DNA of 64,000 nucleotides from Octopus vulgaris. Its lineage: Eukaryota. Below, piece by piece: positions 40,813 to 55,125 of this stretch; the first letter of the stretch is position 1, and each line of letters opens with the position of its first letter. The stretch is from assembly GCA_951406725.2 (NCBI GenBank), contig OX597832.1:35464001-35528000 (forward strand). The letters run 5' to 3'. The notes under the pieces were generated by a model. It had not been told where the DNA came from and searched no databases. It saw nothing but the letters and a program-made list of their open reading frames with translations. The translations under genes were made by a program, and so were the position numbers.

Positions 40813-40900
40813 ATGCCTGGGGTTGCCAAATCTACTCGCAGTGTTGGTATTGGAGTAAACCTGCTCCCTCGAGCGATAATTACATCCTACTATGTGAAAG
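40813..40900 (+). CDS. Probable first coding exon of an unidentified gene (MPGVAKSTRSVGIGVNLLPRAIITSYYVK, phase 1)
   Basis: ATG with A at -3, upstream in-frame stops, perfect donor AAG|GTAAGT; joins in frame with 59219-59262. Confidence 0.55.
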
Positions 40901-43019
40901 GTAAGTGTTTCTTTGAGAATATCATTCGCACCGGTTCTTTGCTCTCATTTCGAAATATTTGAAGAAATTCCGTTCATTGGAATTGTTTGTTTTTCTCAAA
41001 GCGGCCCACATCTTAAATTATTGAAGAATGTATTACAGATTGTGTGATGTGACGAAAACTTTTATTTGCTTATGTTTAAGATGAATCAATCCTTAATGTT
41101 ACCCTAAGTTGAAAGATTTTGTCAGACCCGGAATCTATTTCTTGGGCAAATCTATTCTGAATCAGCAACTCTGATTTCTGCAATACGGGACATTTCTCTG
41201 TTTTAGGCAATTGACTGGCAACACTTAATCAGAATCTTTGCTGTTGGCAAATTCTTTAAATAAGATGAGTTGTGCAGAAGAACTATAGCTTAATAATTAA
41301 ACATATTGATTTTAATTAATTATATCAAGATGAAAAGGTTTGTTTAGAACCTATCATATCACTGACGGCAATTTAGAGGTGTGTGTCAGTCATCTGAATC
41401 AGGACTAAATGCAGCAGCAGATCAGATTATTTCTTATCTTTGGCTGTGACATTACGTGATACTATCGAGATATTATCATTGTTTGCTGTTTTCATCTTCA
41501 GGAATTTGTATAAGTCTAGACAAGCATTCGTCATTGAGGTGAATTTTGAACCTAGATTTCAACTTTGAGTTCTTATCAAGATATTGTATTAAAATGAGGT
41601 AGAGGGCTGTTTTCATCGTTCTGATCATCTCCTATATCTCTCCGATGGTATCGTTTCCTATGTCCTTTCCTTTTCTTCTTTTGTTCAGGGGTTTCAGTCA
41701 CTGGACTGGGACCAAGAAAATCCCATTTTAAGGATCCCAAGACAAGGGAGGTAATCGTGCTTAACTTAAAAGCACAATCAATAGTTTAACAAATGCTGTT
41801 TATTTGAGTTCAAAAGTTAAGTTTAAAATATTTTCACATAAATTGATCGAGCAGTTCACATGACAAAAATGTATCTGACTTCATTGAAGTAGTTTACACA
41901 GTTTTTCTTACCTAACAAAAAAGTCTATTTACCTAAGGCCCGATTAATTGCTTCTCCCTAATTCTTCTGGCGACCCTATTATAGCATGAGCGAATTTGTT
42001 TGACGGAAACTGTGTGGAATCCCATCGAGTATATGTGTGTGTTTGCTCTTTTATTCCACTTGACAACTGGTGTTGGTTTGTTTACGTTCCAGTAACTTAC
42101 TGGAACGTAAACAAGTTCAGGAAAAGAGACTGACAGACTTAAAGTCCCAGAGTCGAATTGTTGAACTGATCCTTTCAAGGTGGTGCCCTTGCATAGCCAT
42201 AGTCCATTGATTGAAATAGGTAAAACGTAAAAGGTAACACACACACACACACACCTGGCTACTGTACCCTTTCTGTCTACTATCTCCCTAATAAGGTATT
42301 TATGCATCAGAGCTTACGGTGGACATGTGCAAGTGGGTTGAATCCAGAATCTTATGGTTGCAAAATAACCTTCTTAATATCTTTTATAGGAGACAAAAGT
42401 TACAAACGTTTATTGAATGGTATTTCATTTATGTGTTCCATCCTGTTAAGAGCCTTCATAGTGAATAATTATAGTTTTAACACTTCTGCTACTGCCTAGA
42501 TGACTTTTTTTTGCGAGATCGTCTCAACCATCATCGTTTTAACGTCCATTTTTCCTTGCTCGCACGGGTCTGAGATAATTTATTGAGGTAGATTTTTTGC
42601 GGCCTGTTGGCAACCCTCATCTCTTTTTAAGTAAGGTAATATTACCCTATAAACAGACGTTTTTACTGAATATTAGAAACGAAGGATACCGCTTGCTTAA
42701 CGGTGACGCTTCTTTACTCTTATCATACAATGTCATGACATAGAGACAGCACACACGTATGTATTTATACACAACCAGCTAATTTGGATTCCTTCTATCA
42801 AAATCACTCATAAGGCTTTGGGGCCATAGTAGAAGACACTTGCTCAAGGTGCCATGCAGTGGGACTGAACCTTGAATCATATGGTTGAGAAGCAAACTTC
42901 TTACCACACAACCATGCAAAACACGAAATTTAATTTTGAAAACCATGTCTATTTCTCAGGTATAATTTCATTACATTTCTGATTATACAGTTCTATATTT
43001 AAGAGAGGAATTATGTACA

Positions 43020-43370
43020 TTTTTTACATTATTTATATTTGACGGATATTTATCCTCATCTTGTTTGTTGTTAACACAAAATTTCGGCTGAGATACCCTC
43101 CAACCTTCATCAGGTGTCTTGGGGAAATTTCGAACGTGGGTTCTCATTCTAAAGTATTTTTTTATGTGGTTAAGAGCGTGGGTTACTAACTCCAAGATTC
43201 CGAGTTCGATTCCAAGTAGTAACCTTAATAATAATAATATCAAAAAAATACCTTAGGAATGAGAACCCAGGTTCAAATTTTCCCAAGATACCTGATGAAG
43301 GCTGAAACGTTGTGTTGACAACAAACAAGTTGAGGACAAATATCTATCTAATGTAAATAATATAAATAAT
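43020..43370. mobile_element. Inverted-repeat element: two ~130-140-bp hammerhead-bearing arms around a tRNA-like core
   Basis: 43020-43162 is the reverse complement of 43243-43370; centre 43165-43225 is GTGGTTAAGAGCG...GAGTTCGATTCC (A/B-box-like). Confidence 0.8.
43073..43118 (-). ncRNA. Minimal hammerhead-like motif (left arm)
   Basis: Minus strand GACAC-CTGATGA-A-GGTTG-GAGGGTATCT-CAGCC-GAAA-TTTT-GTGTT: stem I GACAC/GUGUU, stem II GGUUG/CAGCC. The stem III palindrome is mutated here but intact (ACGU) in the right arm. Confidence 0.6.
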
Positions 43371-45749
43371 TTCTGATTATCCTTGCCATACTATATGCAT
43401 TTAGACTTAGCAACTCTGAGTTGGAAAGAAAAGGTGAAAAGAAAACAATGAATTAGAGTAATATAATGATATTCATTCTACAAGTCCCTTTGATTTTGGA
43501 AATAAGGCTAAGATGATGATGATGATGATTATATCAACTTGGTAGGTTTCACGAAGAATAGCTGTATCAGGTGAAATAATGCTGGATATTTTTGTAGTTA
43601 ATCTGTTAAAATATTTCATAATTGTTGTAACAAAAGAAAAAGATAAAAAGTTCTGAAATGATATGGATATAGATGTCTGGATTCATTGATCTAGTGGTAG
43701 AACGTTTGTGCTTTAACTAATATTAACTTCTTATAGCATCCACTGAGTAGGAAATGTTATCTCCATAGCTGTATGTGTCCTCCCAACTGGATATTGAGGA
43801 GAATTTTGAGAAGTTAATAATGTAAGAAGTTTATACACCTTTGTTTGTATTAAAACTATGATTCCCACCCACCCGAACCATACAGTGCATTTACTCTTCT
43901 GTTTCCAGTGAATTTTACTGCGGTTTTCAAACTTTAAATGATTAACATTTCAGATATATTAAAGATTTTTTTTTCTTTTTGATTCAGTAATGCAAGTCAG
44001 ATATTTTCATTTTCAGAGTCTGTTTTCTGTATAAGACTTTTGTCTGGAAGTGACACAGACTGGTAGTGGTCAGCTGTTCTGTTATCAAACCTGACTTTGA
44101 TGTTGATAACAGACAAGTATATGCTTGTGATATCACATTTTAAGCATTACACTGTACTTTATTTTTCTGATTTTCCTCACCCAGCTTGCTACGGCTTATC
44201 TTAATCTGTTCAGTTTTAGTGAACTTGAGCATTGTGGATGACAGCATTTCACTTCTGTTTCTAATGTTGTTTTTGAGTGGATAATCTGGAATCTATTTTG
44301 TCCGTTTATTTTCTATTTGAAGAACATATCAATAGCACTTGCAAAGCATGGTTTGGCCTGAGACTGTTGTAGAAGACATTCTGTGTTGTATAGGAATCAA
44401 TTGCTATGCTATTTTAATAATCACTCTATTTTCTTATACTAAATATATTGAAATATGAAATAGGAAGTGATTGCAACATTGTCTTGATCAGAAACTGTAA
44501 ACTAAACATCAAAAGAAATTATTGATGATAAAACACAAAACTAGTTCCCTTCATTTTTACACACTGAAATATATAGATTGGGAGACTATTAATAACACCA
44601 ACGAAACTTTGGAAACGGTAAATACATCTAGTAGCTATCCAGGTTACTTTCAACCAAGAGTTATCTTTACAATTAGAATCATAAACAAAGTAATTTAGTT
44701 CTTTGAGGTGCATAAATGAAATAAATAGTTTTGTATGCGTCAAGTAGACCATCTTTTATTCACCATTATATCTCTTTGACTTAAGGTATGAGAGACTTAA
44801 AAATACTGGGCTACTCAATTATTTAGATGTAGAAACATTATTTCAGTTTGCTTTAATTTCAAAGAACAATATATGAAGAAATTCGAAATAAATTCATTAT
44901 CATCACCGTTTAACATCTATCCAATGGGTTCAAAGACTGCATTGTGCTCCAGTGTCTGCTTTGGCATGATTTTGATGGCCGGATGCTCTTCTTAATGCCA
45001 ACCACTTTGCAGAGTGTTCTAAGTGCTTTTTCTTTTGTGGCACCAGCATTAGTGAGGGCATGTAAATTGCAAAACTAAAGAGCCCTATAAATGGAGTGGG
45101 AATATGATAGAGTATCAGAAGCTAGTTGTTGAGAAGTTAAATAGAAAGGAATGGATATGGGTGGGAGTGAGTAATTGAGGTGGTGGAATTGGAAAGCTGG
45201 AGAAAGATTCTGGTGACATGATGTCAGCATACTCTCAAGACACAAGGTGGTTAGAAGAGAGTGTGTGACAGAGATCAGGAAGAGTAGGGAGCTAAAAGTG
45301 GCAAGAATATGTGGAGAGAGTGAAAGATGGTTAGAGAAAAGGGTGGGAGTGAATGGTCATGAAGGTGGAGAGATGGTTGGTAGTAAATATGAATTTGGGA
45401 AGGAAAGATAGATCTCAATACAAGTGATTCAGGAGAGAGGAGCTGGTGATGGTGTATAGGGAGTGAATGTGAAGGGATAAATGAAGTGGTAAACACAGGG
45501 GTGTGACTGGTAAATATGAGACAGTGTGTGAATAGGTGGTGGTTCAAGGGAGGAGTGATGGGTGATTAATGGAAAAGATATGTGGTATCAGGTATCTGGG
45601 AGCACAAAGGGATGATGATATATGTAATATTACTTTCATTTAATTTCAGTGGCAGAATAATGCAGTAGTTAGAAGAGTGATGTATGATGGGGAAGGCTTG
45701 ACGGGGACAAATTAGGCAAGGGACCCAGTTGTATGCAGACACATTTTGC

Positions 45750-47420
45750 ACCAATAACTACCACCATGTTTTTGTGGGTTGTCTCAAACATCACGTATTG
45801 CAAGTCCTTTGCTGTCTCTGCTGTGAGGCTCCGAATTCTAAGACAAGCGTTCACTACTTTGTCCCATCTCTTCATCAATCTCTCTCTTCCACATATTCTA
45901 TTTACATTTCTCTATACACCTGCCCCCATGTCTACATGTTACATGCTCATACCAATGCAGTCTTCACTCTTGCACATCTTAATTCCTCTTACGCCTAATT
46001 TTTTCTCTCAGTACATTTGTACTCTGTTGCACACTAACGCTGTACATCCAGTGGAGCATGCTTGCTTATTTCTTTTTAGTCTTTGTGTGTCCTCTGCATT
46101 CAGATCCCACACACTATCATGTAACATGACTGGTTGTAAATAGGCATCATACAGACAGACAATCGTTTTTTTACCAACAGAGGTAATCGCTCTCCGAACT
46201 TCCTCTAGCTTGTTTTTTTAGTTACTATACTTCCCTGTCTGCTTCCTTGCCAAAAGTGAAGGCCCATGGTGGGGTTAGGCTAATTGGCTCACAATTCTAC
46301 AGTTGTCAGTTTGGTTCCCAGTGGCACATTGTGTTCTTAAGCAAGACACTTTATTTCATGTTGCTCCAGTTCACTCAGCTCGCAAAAAAAAAATGAGTAG
46401 TACTTTATTTCAAAGGGCCAGCCTTGTTACACTCTGTATAATGCTGAATCTCCCTGAGAACTACGTTATGGGTACACGTGTCTGTGGAGTACTCAGCCAC
46501 TTTTACGTTAATTTCATGAGCATGCTGTTCTGTTGATCGGATCAACTGGAACTCCCATTGTTGTAATTGATGGAGTGCTAGTGTCTTCCTAAAACTTTAG
46601 TCATTGCTAAATTAACTTTGAGACCCTATGATTGCAGGTTTTTCTTCCACACTTGCAATTTCTCTTCTTTGTACTACAGACTCAGCTATAACAGTGAGGT
46701 CACCAACATGTAGGAGTCTCCATGTGCATCTAGTCTTAAATCCCTCTTATGTCCTGGAGGTCTTTGATGAATAGAAAGGGACTGAGAACTGAGCCCTGGT
46801 GAACTGCACACTGAGTTCATTACTGTACTCATTGCTAACTCTCACCTTGCTGACTGCACCCCTGTACATGGTCTGTGTGTCTCTCACAAGCTGTTCTTCC
46901 ACAGGGACATTCCACTAACCATGGAATGACGGACCTTGTTGAAAGCTTTCTTCAGGTCAATCAGTGTGTAATAACAGTAGCTTACCTTTAACTAAATACT
47001 TCTTGCAGTTGTCTCACTGGACAGATGGCACCAACAGGACTTCCTTGTACAAAACTGAACTGCATCTCCATTAGACTAATTCTCTTTCTAATTAATCGAG
47101 CTATTACTGTGTAACCTTTATGATCTGGTCCAGCAATTTTACACCTCTTTAATTACATCTGTATAAGGCCATCTTATTTATCCTTTTAACATGATATTGC
47201 TATACCAGTCATTATCGGAGACCTCTTCCTTAGAAACTGATTGACTATATGGGTGACCAGGGAATATCCTCCTCCACCCAGCAATAATTCCTGATGGCTC
47301 AGGTGTTTTCTTTGCTTCCATATCCTTAATTTCTTATACCTATCAGACTGCTCTCTACTAGAATCATTGCTTTTTCTGTTAGGTCCAGCTTCTTTCTCCC
47401 TATGCATTCTCTACATTTTA
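45750..47420 (-). mobile_element. Decayed RTE-clade LINE reverse transcriptase region
   Basis: Minus-strand fragments RGVKLLDQ..KV, MQFSFV, IDLKKAFNKV, QGSVLSPFLF; many frameshifts. Confidence 0.7.
46260..46585 (+). mobile_element. SINE family B inserted in the RTE remnant
   Basis: Matches 32665-32987 (AAGCAAGACACTTTATTTC...GAGAACTACGTTA.GGGTACACGTGTCTGTGGAGT). Confidence 0.85.
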
Positions 47421-50400
47421 TAACCTTTCCTTTCATAGAACTCGTCAGCTTCTTTTTCTTTTCTTTCTGGAACACTTATGTCTGTATTCAATTCCCTCTA
47501 CTGTCATAGTTGCATACTTTATTCACAATTAACATCTTAGATTCAGCATAGTATTGATCTGTTGTTACAAGATGTGGAACTAACAGTTCAATGTATAGGG
47601 ATATGACTGAAAAATTTGTGCATTATAATGGATGTATGATATAAAGATGAGGTATCCATATTTACATCATATAACACCCTTCAAAAATTTTCAGTTGACT
47701 TTTTGGATATCCATATATCAGATCTCTTCTAATTTTGTGTTACAAAACTGTTCACATCAAGTCTCTATGTTTTTATTATAACTTTCCATTTGAATTTTAT
47801 GAAAGAACCTTTTGTTAAGGTTTATTTTAAATAAAAACTTAATGAAAAAATTATTGTATTAAATGACCTCTAATTAATTGTTTTGTTTTTGGATTTGGTT
47901 TGCAAGATTCTTTGTGAGTTTGTGTGTTGAAGCATATTCTGTTGTGTCTGGGGAGAGTTATTCTCTTAACACACTCACTCGTAAAATTTCCACTTGTTTT
48001 TATTTTATTTTTCTAAAATTTTCGTTGCATCTTGCAACCTTTCCAATAGTTTTGACTCTCGTTAATTGATTATTTAGAAAATTGAGGTGCATACATCAGC
48101 AACAGTTATTTTTGTTATATATACAATTAGAAAAGGGTTGCATTTCTCATAGTTTACCTGCTCATGTTTATTTATGCTAATAAAACTGATAAAAATATTT
48201 TTGTACATGATATTGCTTGTTTCAACAGCGATTTGCTGTCTTAAGCCTGGCTATTGTATTACTTATGAAGTTTGTGGTAACTTACAAAATTTGAAAGATT
48301 TTCACTGAAAGTTAAATCCTGTTTCCAAAATACAAAACTGATGTCTGTCAAGGCCAGACATCAACTGAGGGGAGGGGATGCAGTCCAGATAATTAAAAAA
48401 ATTATTGAGGTATTGGAAAAGGTTCACTTGTCATGTCAATTAAATACTTCATTTTTCAAACAAAATGGGATTTTCTGAAGTTTTAATTAAGTTAATTACT
48501 CTTTAAGAATTGAAAGGGTCAGTTAGACAGCACTTCAAATTAAGCCCCTCTTTTTCTCTTCACCATATTTTCTATTCTTCCTCTCCCTCTGTGTCAGCAA
48601 CTGTGTGTATGCTCATGTATGTGGCCCTGTTACTATTTTGGCTGTGTATCGATGACTGTGTATGTACGTCACTGACTGCATATCTGTCTGCGACTATGGC
48701 TGATGATCTTTTATGTAATTGCTAATTCTCAACTCCAGGTCCTTCACTAATTGATGCTTCCTTATTTATGTTGGGTTTGTCTGTAATCACCTGAAAGTAG
48801 GGACTAATATATATTTTAATGAAGGGATTTACAGGAAATTGCTACTGATATTGATTTACCTGTCATTTCATTCAAATCCATTCAAACTACTGGATTACAG
48901 ATCAAGTAGAGATAAGTTAGTATTAAGGGCATTGATTAATTGGTTAAGACAAGTATTAGGAAACATTTTAGTCGTGATATCCGTATTTCCGGGAAGGTTT
49001 GTTATTCTGGCTTCATTAGATTGTCAAGTAAGTTGGCTATTAATGTGGTTCTTCTTGGTTTTTAAGCTGAATGGACTTTATTCATAGTAAAATGCTTACC
49101 TCAATTTATGTTCACCTGTTGTGATCATCATCATTATCACCATTTTCTCATGAGTTAGGTGTTTTCTAGCTTCAGTCTAAATTTTATCAACTTCTACAAC
49201 CAAACTACACTTCCATACCTCTCAATTTAGTTTTATCTCTATTCATTATATTATACGCCTCCTTCACTACCATTACTATCTCTTCACACACACACACCTG
49301 CATATAGTAAACATTGATTTTGAGAGAGAGAACCCCACATTTTTTCCAAGGGAAAGTAGCTTTCTGTTTCAAAAGGCACTTAATTTGTTTCTTTGTCAAT
49401 TAGCATTTGCTTCAACTTGTTTTATGGCATTTTTCTTAGTTTGAGACTTGTTGCCTGAACTTGTTTCTTAAAATATTACTGACATTTGTACATTTATAAT
49501 CATAAGTTGTCATTGGTTGTTTAATCATCTTAAATACTGATATAATTAAATTGTAGATTTATATTCGTGCTGTGTGAGGGACACATGTCCAATCATACAA
49601 CTCATATTTTTACTTTGTAGACTTTCTTAGTGGAACATCAAATATCTGCAATAAGTTTGTTAAATAATACCAATAATAAATTTGATATCAAGCTCACTGA
49701 ATATCATTTTACAATATCCAGGGGACAAGCCACAATATCGAATGACTGAGTTAGAAAAGTTTAATGTCTGTATCTATTTGTATATATGTCTGTCTGTCTG
49801 TCTCTGTTTCCCTGTGTGTCATGTTTGGATGTGACAAACAACAAAGTTATCAAACTGCATAGAACTTAGATAAGTTAAATTGATGAAATGAACATATGAT
49901 GGATGGAGATGAACCAATGCAATACTAGTTATGAACATATAGGTGTGTATGTCTAATGATTGGTTCCTTGATGTTCTGTAGATCTAAATGCTAGAAAGCT
50001 GTTAATGTAAAACATCATTATGTAATTATTAGGCAAGCTGTAACCTGTCTTTGACTACAAGTGTTTTTTATCTTCACTGTTATTTACTCTAACTTGGAAA
50101 TTTTATTAAAAACCAAAGATTACGTTTTGAGATTAAAAATAAAAAATGGTTCACTTCTAACTTGATATTTATTCTGCGGGTAATAAATCAGCAGAATTGT
50201 TAGTGTTGGACAAAATTCCTTGCTGTATGTCTTCTGGCTCTTTATGTTCTGAGTAGAAATTGTGCTGAGGTCAACTATTGCCTTCCAGGTTAAATAAACT
50301 AAAGTTGTAGTCACTTGCTGGTTTAATGTTATTGACTCACCTCCTTGTTTCAAATTTACTGGCATTGCACCTAAATCAGAAACCTGTTGCTGCTGCTATT

Positions 50401-52089
50401 ATTATTGTCATCATCATCATTCTTTGCCTGGAGCAAGAGGATGCATGTTCGTGACACAAAAGTTTTCTTTAAAATTTGTTGTTTTATTAGTTGGTATTCC
50501 AAGTTTTATTGAACTGTTAACTAAATAACCTGGCTTGCTGCCAGAGGGGCCTGCTGGTGTGGCAAGAATTCCCTCTTTAAGGATGAATTTTGAGATTTCA
50601 AATTGCAAATTTAATATTTTAAAGTAAAAATATCAATATGGTTTCTCAAATTGGAGGAAGCGATGGCTGTTGGAATAGCTTACCCACCACTAGTTGATGT
50701 GGTCAAAAACCAAAGCACAGGCAGCATAAGTAGTAGCAGTGACAAGCAAGGTATATTTAAGGATGATGCAAGCACACCACTCTTCCCAACACTGTTGCCA
50801 CCATCACCACCACCCCAAACATTAACGAAACAACAACAGTGGAAATGGTTTTGCAAGAGCTCAGAAAATGGAAAAAAGTCAAGTTGACATAAAATATGTT
50901 GAGCAAATACTAAGCTGCACTTAAAAAAAATGGCAGGACATTCTTCTTCAACACATCAGAGAAAGTGTAAGAAGACATTAACAAAAAACAAAAACAACCC
51001 ATTATATATGAATGCATATTAAAAATGAAGAGACTGGTGTGAGCAATGCAGGCCCAAATCAAAAATTGCCTGGGACTGGTCTAGGTTTTAAAAACTTATG
51101 TTGCTTGTGGGAGATGCTTTGGCACAGTTGTTGAGCTAAGATTCTCAACTGAAGAATTAGCCAAAGTAAATGTTTACAACAACTCTCAAAAGTGGGAAAT
51201 TATGGCTAATTCCAACATACCTTGGTCAAAAGAGTATCAAATTAAAGAGTAGCAGAGTTACCACCAGAAGTAGACATCTCTTTGCTGGTAGCAACCATTC
51301 TATACAGTGCAGAGGACAAAATGAAATTTCTGTTAGTTCACAAAATGGGAAAGAAGAATTGGTCAGTTATGAGCATAGAATTGTGGTTACACACTGATCT
51401 GGACAGGATAAAAGCTATTTTTTTACCTGATCAAGCTACCTAATAGAACACAGTTGTCTGCAGCAGTACAGGGCAGAAAGCCAAGATGCTACTTGTGTAG
51501 GCTTTCTGTAGCTTGTAGGCTACATTTGTAGGCTTTCTGCTCCATGCAAAGAAAAGGAAAATCTCTGCTGCTGCTGCAGACACCCCCAATACAACAACAG
51601 TAACAAAAATAACAGCAGCAGCACCAACAACAACAAAATTAAGAGATTAGAGGAGGAGACACAGAAACCAACAAACCATCACACACTTGATAACTCTACA
51701 CCTAGAAACATCTTCAACATTACAAACACCTCAACACACAAAAACACCTAACATTCCTGATCAACAACATGAACAGCACTCTTAAGGCATCAATAATTAC
51801 ATGGCCATAGGCTCAAACAACAAGAACCTAAAACATATTCAAAAATAACAGACATTACTCTAAATGAATCCATCACATCCTTGCATAACACTTCTGTTCA
51901 CATAAGAATTATAAAAACAATGCAACAAACCTACAACAAACTGAAAGCAAAACGTCTCAAAGGAATGGGAAATTTCTGTGGGACTATAAATAAAAGGCTC
52001 TACGAAGAAATGTTTGAAAATACACCAACAATTCTCTCTAGAGAAATAGGGTAAGGGATTCTGTTCATTCTTCTTTTCTCTGACAAACA

Positions 52090-52440
52090 TGGCCTTGCTC
52101 AGAATAGGCAGCATAAATGCACATAGCCTGTGGTCACCTTGGTAACAGGGCCGTCTAGTCAATGGCTTCAGGCCACTAAGTTTAGATATAGTGGCTATCA
52201 GTGAAACCAGACTCTCCGACTGATGGTCTTTCATACCCATTTTTGGAGGAGATGAGATTTACTTATCTCCATGTCAACCAGAAATGGGATGGGGTGGAAC
52301 TGCAGTGTTATTCCAGGTCTGGATCTCAAGATAAGGACTATCTTCCTGGACCCAAAAAGGTAAATTGGTGGTTCTGCATGTGAACAGCAGTGATGGGGAT
52401 GCCTTCAAACTGGTGGCTGTTTATGCTTGGGGTCTAGTTT
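52090..52440 (+). pseudogene. APE endonuclease N-terminal remnant (Tx1/L1-like LINE)
   Basis: RIGSINAHSL...LDIVAISETRL...FKLVAVYA. Confidence 0.55.
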
Positions 52441-52659
52441 GGACATTCTGTTCCCATTTTCTTTACATTCCTCTCAATATCTTTCGATACTGTCCCTCCA
52501 ACAGTAATCGGCATTATCTTCCCCTTTGTCGTAATCCACAGTCAGGCTATCCCTTATTTAATAGCATTGTACACATTTACTCACTCGCTTTCCTTAATTA
52601 TCCACGAGTCAAATGGGCATGCAACATCAATTACAGAGCACATGTGATTTACTCTGTCC

Positions 52660-53320
52660 ACCACCATTAAGTCTGGTTTGCTGAGCTCAAGCACCTGGTC
52701 TGTATGAATTGGGAAATCCCACAGGATTTTGCAAGTCTTCAATTCAATCACTCTCTGTGGTTAGTGGTCATACCATGTCTTACCTCTCTCTAACTTCCAC
52801 TTTTTACACAGTTTCTAATGCAGAACTTTTGCTACCCCATCATGTCATTGCAGCTTAGACTGGTTTTGGGCAAGTCTGGGACATTCATTTACAATATGGG
52901 CACCAGTTTCATCAAATTCATTACATGTTCAGCACAGTGGAGACACTCATTTCTAAGATTGACCCTTTAATTTGTGGCCAGAGATTGGTCTTGCACTGCA
53001 AGTATAGTGCTCTCATTCTCCTTTTTAATGCCTTCTTTAACCAATCCCACCTATGTTCAACTAGCAACTTTTGTTGTGTCCACATGAAATTGTTTGCGTA
53101 ACCCCTTATTGAGTAGTTCTTCTTCATGTTGTACTTCTTTTGTTTTCTCCCTTTCCCCTGCTTTTGGTATGCCCTCTTGTGTCTTACTACATCTGGCAAG
53201 GTTTCTTTATGTCAGGTTAGGTATCTCAGCAAATTCTCTATGCACACAGTCTTCCACACTTTCTCCATTTGCTGTCTTGTGTAGACTACCAATGTCTGCA
53301 CATGCATGATGGGCTCCATG
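52660..53320 (-). mobile_element. R4/Dong/NeSL-like RLE LINE remnant
   Basis: Minus strand ESTILAVQDQSLAT...DETGAHIVNECPRLAQ...HDGVAKVLH..LC..W...KILWDFPIHTD...KPD. Confidence 0.7.
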
Positions 53321-54665
53321 CATGGTTAGAAGCTTTCTTCTCTTCCTCTCCAACTCCTTTAACTCCTCCTCTCTCCACTTCAGATTTCCACTGCTACTGT
53401 GCCAAACTGCCGAGTCTTTTTTACATTTTTACTCAATATTCTTTCATATTCTTTGCTATGTTTCAACTGTCTAAAATGCTGAGAGGAATTCAGTCATGAG
53501 CAAACCGGCAAATGGCTCATGATTTTTACTACTTCACAGGCATAGAAAGAGGATTCCACATAGTTTCCAATTTACTCTCGTGGCTTTAATTGAAATGTTA
53601 TTAATGTTTTATTTCCTGTATCTCCATATCATCCTTTCACTCTTTCAAAACCAACAGTTCCAAGTTAATGCCATCATCATCTGAAGTAAAAGATTATTTT
53701 CAAACTGTTTTATGTCTGCTGCCACCCATCCAACCCCACAAATATATACTATTAAGTTCACAAGTTGCACAAGTGGGTGCTTGTTTCTGCTAAGTCTTGT
53801 TGTACATTGAGCAGAGTAGAGACAGAGATTGTTTACCCATGTCTCGACATGAACTAGACATTTCAGGTCTCCATTTTTTTGTTCCTTTTCTTTTTATTTA
53901 ATTGTGTATTCAATTTAAATAGATAAATAGTTGGCACTTAATGTTGCATTATGTTGCTGCTCTCCATTGTCTTACTGTTTACACCAGGGATATTCTCTCT
54001 TATACACACACACTCACACACACACAGCAAGGTGCACTTAAGCTATGTTCAGGCCTGCCATAACCATTAAGCAAAAGAGCATATACTTAGGCCATCAAAT
54101 AGTGTAGGGGAAACAAAAGAATTCCTTCTAGTTCTAGATTTACTTTGATGCAAATGGTGCAGCTAGACCAAGACCTGACAATAAAAGGTTTAAAAGAATT
54201 AAAAATTAAAAAAAAGAAAAAAAAAGAGACATATATATATACATATCCATAACAGTTCCACAATATATCTTTTCATTTCGTGTGAAGAAAAGCTGCAAAA
54301 CAAGCGGTATGTCTTCATTTATATTTGGAGATCAAAAATGAAATAACAGATGCAAAAAAGAAACAAACACGCAATACAGCGAGAAAAGTATTAAAAATAA
54401 CCATTAACAGATGTGGATGTATAAACACCGTTGCACAAGGTGCAGCGTGCATGTACACTCGCTCATACAAGTATTCATGGCGATGTAAGCATATGCACAC
54501 GTGTGGCTTGGTGCACACACAGACTTGGTGTTTATAAGAATGGGGAGGTTAAAGCTAGACTTAATTCATTTATACCTTAAAGTGAATTCTGTTAATGGTT
54601 ACGCACTGCAAAAGTACATTTCTATGCATGTAGGCATCTTGAGAGGCTTTCAGAAGTTCTATTAA

Positions 54666-54884
54666 CCCTTTAGTGTTCAGATTATTCTATCAAACATAAT
54701 GCTTATTGATTCCCATTGATTTGAATTAATCATGCATTATCTCATATCTTCAAGATCTTGATGGTGTAATTACTTAATGTAGAATAACATTGTAGGTTAG
54801 GTGTGAGAGCCTGGATCTGGTCAGTTTGAACATAAAACAGATTAAATATTTTGGCCGGATATGGCCGGTTTAAATACTAAAGGG
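54666..54884. mobile_element. piggyBac-type MITE (219 bp)
   Basis: TTAA TSD at 54662-65 and 54885-88; TIRs CCCTTTAGTGTT / AATACTAAAGGG. Confidence 0.85.
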
Positions 54885-55125
54885 TTAATGATCTTTTCAT
54901 TGGTCCACGGAATAGGTGAGGATTCCTCGGAGCAGAGTCAGCATCTCCTGGAAATGATATTATATGGACCAATTTAGGCTATACTTAATTTTATCTTCTG
55001 TCAATTGCCACACAAAATCTGCCAAAGATATTGAATATCTTGAAGCTGGCAACGTGGTTGTGATAATGATTCTTAAAGGAATCAGCCATTTGTGGTCCTC
55101 CCCTTGTGTGCATGGTACATTTATA

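Noticed and set aside
43165-43225. Possible tRNA gene
   Set aside because: Lacks a complete acceptor stem; treated as a tRNA-derived SINE-like head.
50651-50887. 78-aa ORF with Pro/Gln-rich end
   Set aside because: No recognisable homology or splice signals; likely TE-derived low-complexity sequence.
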